Shown piece after piece: positions 57,130 to 62,534 of a stretch of DNA of 62,534 nt. Numbering within the stretch: position 1 is the first letter of the stretch; each line of letters starts with the position of its first letter. The stretch comes from a virus. Its lineage: Duplodnaviria; Caudoviricetes. The notes beneath the pieces were generated by a model, which was given only the letters and a program-made list of their open reading frames with translations, was not told where the DNA came from and did not search any database. Made by a program: the position numbers and the translations under genes. The stretch lies in IMG/VR virus record IMGVR_UViG_3300042987_002787, positions 1 through 62,534 of that record; one strand, given 5' to 3'.

Positions 57130-57436
57130 ATCAAAACCAGCCACTTCTGTTACCGAGCAGGCTGGGCCATCTCTGAGTCTAGGTTTAGCTTAAGCAGCTA
57201 AACGAACCTCAAACAGCTCATCATTGGCTGCATTTGTTGTTTTGCTTGATTTACAGTCATCGCCTACTGTGTTGTCCATATCCTTACTCATTGCCCTGTC
57301 GAAACCAAATTCAGGCCCATCAAAAGTATATTATGCCACGCTCTGAACCTGGACTCTTAGTAATATACTTTTGGTGGACCTGCCCGGGGTCGAACCGGGG
57401 TCCAGAACACCTTTCAATCAACTTCATACAACAATT
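57130..57436 (-). ncRNA. ssrA: tmRNA, circularly permuted (two-piece)
   Basis: Acceptor piece ends GGTTCGACCCCGGGCAGGTCCACCA (57372); coding piece starts GGGCCTGAATTTGGTTTCGAC (57318); G3:U70; tag AANDELFEVRLAA* at 57190-57231; outer ends approximate. Confidence 0.9.
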
Positions 57437-57839
57437 TAAATTACTTCTTTAAGAACCAAATCATGTCTAAGTATTTTTGAAGATGTTTTTCTTGAAATGA
57501 TTTAGCCCAACTTGGCTGCGGTAAATTCCAACCTACAAATGCACCTACTACGATCCAAAAAATTGTTTCTAACATTGTATGCTCCTTTGTTTGTTTACAT
57601 TAGAAAACCATACAAAGCACACCACAGTTCAAGAAGAACATAATATCCAGCATAGGCCAAAATACATGTCGCAATCAAATCAACCACTAACCAAATATCA
57701 TTTATTTTCATCGTCTTTGTTTTCTTTGATCCATTCGTAATAGATTAGGGCCAACGGTACGGATATACTACCAATGAGTAAAACTCCAAGCAAAAAGCCT
57801 ACAATAAAATACAAACGGTTTACTTCATCCACCTAATAT

Positions 57840-58400
57840 TTATATCGCTAAATGTTTAAAATAACTGTAATGTTGTTCAAGGGTCCAATTTTCAAGATTA
57901 ATTTCTGTGCCATCATATGTTATAAATTGGCTATCAAACACATTACTATATCTCTTAAACGGTAACCACATATCAGGAGTATGTGCAGCCCATCCTGCAT
58001 CCTTTAATAACTCATGCTTTGCCCTACTCAATCTTACGGTCGGTGCATTTAATCCTTGTTCAACTGTAAGTACATTTGCTAAAATCAAATCACGTATTCT
58101 AGCAGCTGGTATTAGGTGCTCAAAGTCACAATCCTCATCCGCACCCACTTCATGATAATGCGCTTTCATACCATCACGTTGCTTAATACAATACTCATGA
58201 TATCTACGTAGATAGTAATCAATATCGTTGCGTATTTCTCTTAGCAACTGTTGATCATTCTCTACCTGATGATATTCATCTACTAGCCTGGTAATGTGTT
58301 TACTACAGTGCCCTGCTACAGTTTGGTATGTAGCAGGGGACCGTAACGTTTTACCGTAGTTTGGTGCGGTAAAATTTTCTAACGATTCTTTTAACATCAT
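57840..58400 (-). CDS. hypothetical protein with EHLIP (His-Me-finger-like) motif
   Basis: DFEHLIP; coupled to upstream genes. Confidence 0.6.
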   Translation of the reverse strand: MMLKESLENFTAPNYGKTLRSPATYQTVAGHCSKHITRLVDEYHQVENDQQLLREIRNDIDYYLRRYHEYCIKQRDGMKAHYHEVGADEDCDFEHLIPAARIRDLILANVLTVEQGLNAPTVRLSRAKHELLKDAGWAAHTPDMWLPFKRYSNVFDSQFITYDGTEINLENWTLEQHYSYFKHLAI

Positions 58401-58798
58401 ATCTCAAACAATTCTGGATTTAAATAGGTAGTTACAGTATATCGGTTGAGATGATCGCCATTTTCTACAGTAACTCTACTGTGACAGTTACCGCATATAC
58501 GTTCCAAATTATCAGTCAACCCGTTGTATCTATTTCCATCTTTGTGATGAATATCAATTTGCGACGGACTGGTAATAGTAGATGTGCATTTGAACCCGTA
58601 CCTTGCATCTGAATTTTCACATCCCAACTCCATTTTCCATTTGTCAAATTCATGTTTCTTTTTCCCTCTATGTTCTTCGCAGGCGTTTTTCCATTTAAAA
58701 CCACGAGTGTTATCTTGTTTACGATAAACTTTGTGGTATCCAACAAGATTTGCACAAGTAGGGTATGCACATTTTGGGGCAAATAATTTGTATGTCAT
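58397..58798 (-). CDS. HNH endonuclease
   Basis: IDIHHKDGN..N....NL...CGNCH. Confidence 0.85.
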   Translation of the reverse strand: MTYKLFAPKCAYPTCANLVGYHKVYRKQDNTRGFKWKNACEEHRGKKKHEFDKWKMELGCENSDARYGFKCTSTITSPSQIDIHHKDGNRYNGLTDNLERICGNCHSRVTVENGDHLNRYTVTTYLNPELFEI

Positions 58799-59847
58799 AC
58801 ATCCTCCGGAAATAGACCTGGTGCAATGTTGTTTGATTCAATACCTATTTTACTGCCATCCCCGTGATAGGGCAACACAATTGTGCCACCGTTGCGAATA
58901 TACAACTCTCGCAAAAAGTTACTCATGGCCAACGGAGCGTTCCAGCCTGCGCCCGGATGACTATACTCCCATTGGGTCTTTGCTTTGCTATGGATCAAAT
59001 GCGAACTAATGAATGTTTGCTTGCACTTGGCAAGAACTTGTTTCATCCACCCCTTGGGTAGTTGGTCTCGAACATTAGTACTAGACAATCTATACAGTTC
59101 GTACAATCCAATATAAACACCTTGATCAATTTCTTCCTGCCTTTGAAAAGTTTCTTTTATTGCTGCGAGAATGTCATATAACACTTTGCCCTTTTCGTCT
59201 AGTTCAATGCCTTTTTGTGCGTACTTAAAATGACTAAAGAAATATTCGTTGTCACCACGTAATGCGGCACTTCGACGAGTGTTTTTATCTTCAAGATCAA
59301 TGCCTAGTGCATCAAATTGATCCTGCATGGTACGGGCACGAACATTTTTAATGTCGCTGCTTCCGTTTTTGTAACGCACAAGAGCGTTACGATGCAAGTC
59401 GCCGGGGCCTAGTCTACGCACGCCTGTGTCGTTGAGCATTTCAAAAGCCAACGACGGAAAGTTAGGATCGTCAGTTTCTACAATTGCACAAGGAATTTCT
59501 TTAAAGCCTAGTAAGGTTGCTGCAATTGTACGATGTTGTGCGTCATATAAAAAGATACGACCGTCACCGCCAATGATACGGCAAGCCGACCCCGGAGAAC
59601 AAATTCTCGGATCCCACTTTTTCATGATGTTCTTAATATGATCGTGTATTACGTCTCGTTGTACTTCGTAGTCAATATAAAGGTCGCTGATTGCAACCAT
59701 ACTACTTGTAGGAAACGTATAAGGATTGGCATGGGCGGCATTGCACCATGAATTCAGTTGCTCTTGTATTACATTGAAATGAGATTTGAGAGTCTGCTCT
59801 ACTTCAGCAGCTACATCGGTAAGCTTACGGACAAGGCGTTTGGCCAT
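58795..59847 (-). CDS. ParB/Srx-fold protein (DGQHR-like)
   Basis: L.ID..VQR...YDAQHR...F..LN. Confidence 0.65.
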   Translation of the reverse strand: MAKRLVRKLTDVAAEVEQTLKSHFNVIQEQLNSWCNAAHANPYTFPTSSMVAISDLYIDYEVQRDVIHDHIKNIMKKWDPRICSPGSACRIIGGDGRIFLYDAQHRTIAATLLGFKEIPCAIVETDDPNFPSLAFEMLNDTGVRRLGPGDLHRNALVRYKNGSSDIKNVRARTMQDQFDALGIDLEDKNTRRSAALRGDNEYFFSHFKYAQKGIELDEKGKVLYDILAAIKETFQRQEEIDQGVYIGLYELYRLSSTNVRDQLPKGWMKQVLAKCKQTFISSHLIHSKAKTQWEYSHPGAGWNAPLAMSNFLRELYIRNGGTIVLPYHGDGSKIGIESNNIAPGLFPEDV

Positions 59848-59965
59848 TTTATTCTCCTTGTTGAGATGTACAATACATCGATGAGTTTAACCGTTCTGTA
59901 TACGTTAGACAAAACTAGTTAAAAAAAGGCGGGACGAACCCGCCTTGTGCTACTATTTACAACGA

Positions 59966-60295
59966 TTAGGCTGATACAGCAGATTTGGCGCCGGCACGTG
60001 CCTTGATAGCATCCATGCTAGGCTTAGTACCTTTAACCTTAACGGTACCAGCAGCATTGTACTTGGCATCAGCTGCATCAATGGCAGCAGCAAACTCTGG
60101 ATTTTTGTATAGATCCGTAGTCTTAAGATGTGTTACAAGCTCACCTTTGGTCATTGCACGTGGCAACTCAACAAGATTGATATCAGTGTCAGTTTTAGCC
60201 AAGATCTTGACACGGGTCATGTCGCCAGCAAAACGAACCTTGTACTGGCCTTTAGTTTTAGAAACACCACCAACATTAAAAGTTTTGTCAGTCAT
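59966..60295 (-). CDS. hypothetical phage protein
   Basis: GGAG SD before MTDKTF; terminator at 59921-59946. Confidence 0.65.
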   Translation of the reverse strand: MTDKTFNVGGVSKTKGQYKVRFAGDMTRVKILAKTDTDINLVELPRAMTKGELVTHLKTTDLYKNPEFAAAIDAADAKYNAAGTVKVKGTKPSMDAIKARAGAKSAVSA

Positions 60296-60568
60296 TTGAT
60301 ACTCTCCACAAGTAAGTTGAAAATTTAGATTACTGTTTGTAACCATACCACTATTATATTGCCATTCGAATTACAGGTCAACCTGTTTATGGTCGGCAAT
60401 TTAACCAAAATCATTTGCTTACTTCTACTGCCTGTTGCTTTGTTACATCTACTGCTTTATCTAAAATACGGGCCACACCGGAGAAGCCAATGGTAGCCAC
60501 AATTACACCAAAAATGGTTCCGTAGATAAAATTACTCATTGTACACTCTCCGATCTAACAATCAAATA

Positions 60569-60793
60569 TCACTGCGACTTAATCTGACGTTTATTTTTTG
60601 CCTTGGGAAATTTTGAACACCACGTACATTTTGTTGAACTTGTACCATAAAAGTAAAGGCCCACATCAGCAAATCTACCACCGCAACCCTTACACTCATA
60701 TGTTAACATTTCTGGGCCATATGGGTCAACCGGTCCATTTAAGGCTTCAGTTTGTTTTGGTCCAAGATCAGCTGAGACCGGCTGCGGTTCCAT
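60569..60793 (-). CDS. small CxxC...CxxC protein
   Basis: CKGC, CTWC. Confidence 0.5.
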   Translation of the reverse strand: MEPQPVSADLGPKQTEALNGPVDPYGPEMLTYECKGCGGRFADVGLYFYGTSSTKCTWCSKFPKAKNKRQIKSQ

Positions 60794-60990
60794 TAGTTAT
60801 AACCGACTTCAAAATCCGGCTCAAGCATATCGGCTTCGAGAATCGCATCTTGATATGTAGTAGCATTTAACATAATAGTTTGTCCGTGTAAGAAACTGGC
60901 TACATATGCCCCAGATACTTCGTCACGTTCTACACTGATTAAAAAATTACTCACTGATTGCCTCCTGATCATTGTAAAAGAATGCTGCAC
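60793..60990 (-). CDS. hypothetical protein
   Basis: Coupled ORF; probable start after the AGGAGG SD. Confidence 0.5.
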   Translation of the reverse strand: MQHSFTMIRRQSVSNFLISVERDEVSGAYVASFLHGQTIMLNATTYQDAILEADMLEPDFEVGYN

Positions 60991-61283
60991 TGATTTGTGT
61001 TTCTAGCACATCTGCTCTAGTCGGATAATCCTTTACCAGGATCTGTGCCAGTTCCATCATGCTGGTATTACTCAGCAGAGCCAATTCGTTAGCAAGAATT
61101 TCTAGTCTGTTCATAGTTCATCCAAATTAATATCACTAAGTTCTTTTGGCTTACCTTGCGGGCGCCCCCATGCACTTTGTCCTACTTCCGGCGAGCTTTT
61201 GCCTAGCGGTATTTGCTGTATTTCTCCGCCATTGGCCAAAAACTCTTTGATTGCCTGTTCATAAAGTTCCTTGTCAATTTTCA

Positions 61284-61481
61284 TTAGATTTTCCCATAAA
61301 AGTCGGCATCAAGATCAGCCGCATGTTCGGCATACTCCATCGGGTCTTCATCAAAATCGCTTTCTAGAAGTTCAACGATTTGTTTTGCACTCAGCCCTAC
61401 AATGTCGGCAATTTTTTGCGGGCTGTAGCCAAGAAAATCCATTTCACGAATTTCAATTTCTAAATTTTTGAAATATCCCAT
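61284..61481 (-). CDS. small acidic protein
   Basis: GGAG SD before MGYFK. Confidence 0.5.
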   Translation of the reverse strand: MGYFKNLEIEIREMDFLGYSPQKIADIVGLSAKQIVELLESDFDEDPMEYAEHAADLDADFYGKI

Positions 61482-61483
61482 GA

Positions 61484-61735
61484 TTAACTCCAATCTTTCT
61501 TGTCACCAAACCGTTCGTTCCAATTGTAACCAGCCAAATATTCGTTCATGCTGGCTGTATCTGTCACGGTCACACGCGGACCGCTGTCACCACCTACGCC
61601 ACCATAGTGTGCCAATGGAGCACGATGATAATAACTATCCGCTTGTCCGCGATCATATAGACTGCCGTGATTTTCACGAACAAACTGCCATTGTTCTTTT
61701 AGGATATTAAACACTCTTTCTTTTTCTGCTTGCAT
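61484..61735 (-). CDS. hypothetical phage protein
   Basis: HGS.YDRG.ADSYY.R...GY.WN...GDKKDW; AAGGAG SD. Confidence 0.65.
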   Translation of the reverse strand: MQAEKERVFNILKEQWQFVRENHGSLYDRGQADSYYHRAPLAHYGGVGGDSGPRVTVTDTASMNEYLAGYNWNERFGDKKDWS

Positions 61736-61896
61736 CACACACTCCTTATTAGTTACTATACCAATATTATAACAAAATGGTGAATTATGGTCAACCCACA
61801 AGATTCTGGGCTAAAATGTTGCCCAAAAGCAACAAAAACACAGATGTTGCAAAGATAGCAATAAAGGATAGGGCAAGTTTTAATGTTTGCATTTTG

Positions 61897-62534
61897 TTAA
61901 CGGGATGATTCGAGAAATGTCATAACATAATTGTCGTAATACTTGTAGAAATATGTCAGTCCCAATTCCATTGGATCGTGTACAGGACCACTGTCTGTGG
62001 TACCTCTACGGTCTAGTTGTTGTCGACCACGATCCATACGTTCGGCGATCTCGTCATCTTCTTCACAAGTTTCCATATAAGCCTCTTGATGTGCAGCTAC
62101 AAAGTCTGTTTCAAAATGACAAATTTCTTCTGGATAATAAAATTCTACAATGTTTCTTGTACGCTGTGGTGACTCTGGCCATAGTGTGGAGATAACCAAA
62201 ACCTCCGGATACCACTCTACCATTACATTAGGATAGATAGTCAACCATATAGCACCAAACTCAGGAGGAGCACCACGTCTGTAATCTAACAATGCTTTGT
62301 GCCATGTTTTATAAACAGGTGTACCAGGAGTTTTTAGGTTATTGTTTACACCAACACTCTGTACCGAATACCAGTTGCCAAATTGCCAATCTAATTTGTT
62401 ACAATCAACAAAATTACCTAGTCCTGGATGAAATGGTACCACATGGTAATCGTCCATGTAAACTTCTATAAATGTTTTCCAGTTGTAATTGCAGACGTGT
62501 TCTCGTCTAGAATGAAACGCATAACCGTCAAAGT
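61897..62534 (-). CDS. Rieske ring-hydroxylating oxygenase alpha subunit, C-terminal catalytic domain (5' truncated by window)
   Basis: Frame open to the window edge: NYNWKTFIEVYMDDYHVVPFHPGL...YPN...ED..I.ER...G. Confidence 0.85.
   Translation of the reverse strand, partial: FDGYAFHSRREHVCNYNWKTFIEVYMDDYHVVPFHPGLGNFVDCNKLDWQFGNWYSVQSVGVNNNLKTPGTPVYKTWHKALLDYRRGAPPEFGAIWLTIYPNVMVEWYPEVLVISTLWPESPQRTRNIVEFYYPEEICHFETDFVAAHQEAYMETCEEDDEIAERMDRGRQQLDRRGTTDSGPVHDPMELGLTYFYKYYDNYVMTFLESSR

Overview
This 62.5-kb window is AT-rich, gene-dense and mostly minus-strand. It looks like part of a large (jumbo-type) tailed phage; lysis genes imply a Gram-negative host, probably proteobacterial (inference). 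From left to right it holds: clpA and dnaJ; a lysis cassette (spanins, GH19 endolysin, holin-like genes); phoH, a clamp loader, groES, a DnaE fragment and mazG; baseplate and tail-fibre genes; erpA, sod and infA; a tandem array of 'MNERI...HFGVE' mini-genes; a 27-gene tRNA array covering all 20 amino acids, interleaved with HNH endonucleases, radical-SAM enzymes, oxygenase-like genes and several structured non-coding elements; rubrerythrin/DUF3501; a compact PHP-less DnaE; a Pho-box-associated phosphate module (PstS, porin, PlcP-like, GT2); a permuted two-piece tmRNA; and a ParB-like/HNH module. The best candidate for an undescribed system sits at the head of the tRNA array (45862-46076). A sigma70-type promoter drives an apparently leaderless 39-codon peptide that uses 19 of 20 amino acids in its first 29 codons and matches 23 of the 25 anticodon types in the array. 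It is followed by mutually exclusive antiterminator and terminator hairpins. This suggests a pan-tRNA-sensing translational attenuator that would turn phage tRNA genes on when any host tRNA becomes limiting or is cleaved. All calls come from reading the sequence by eye; no searches or folding programs were run.
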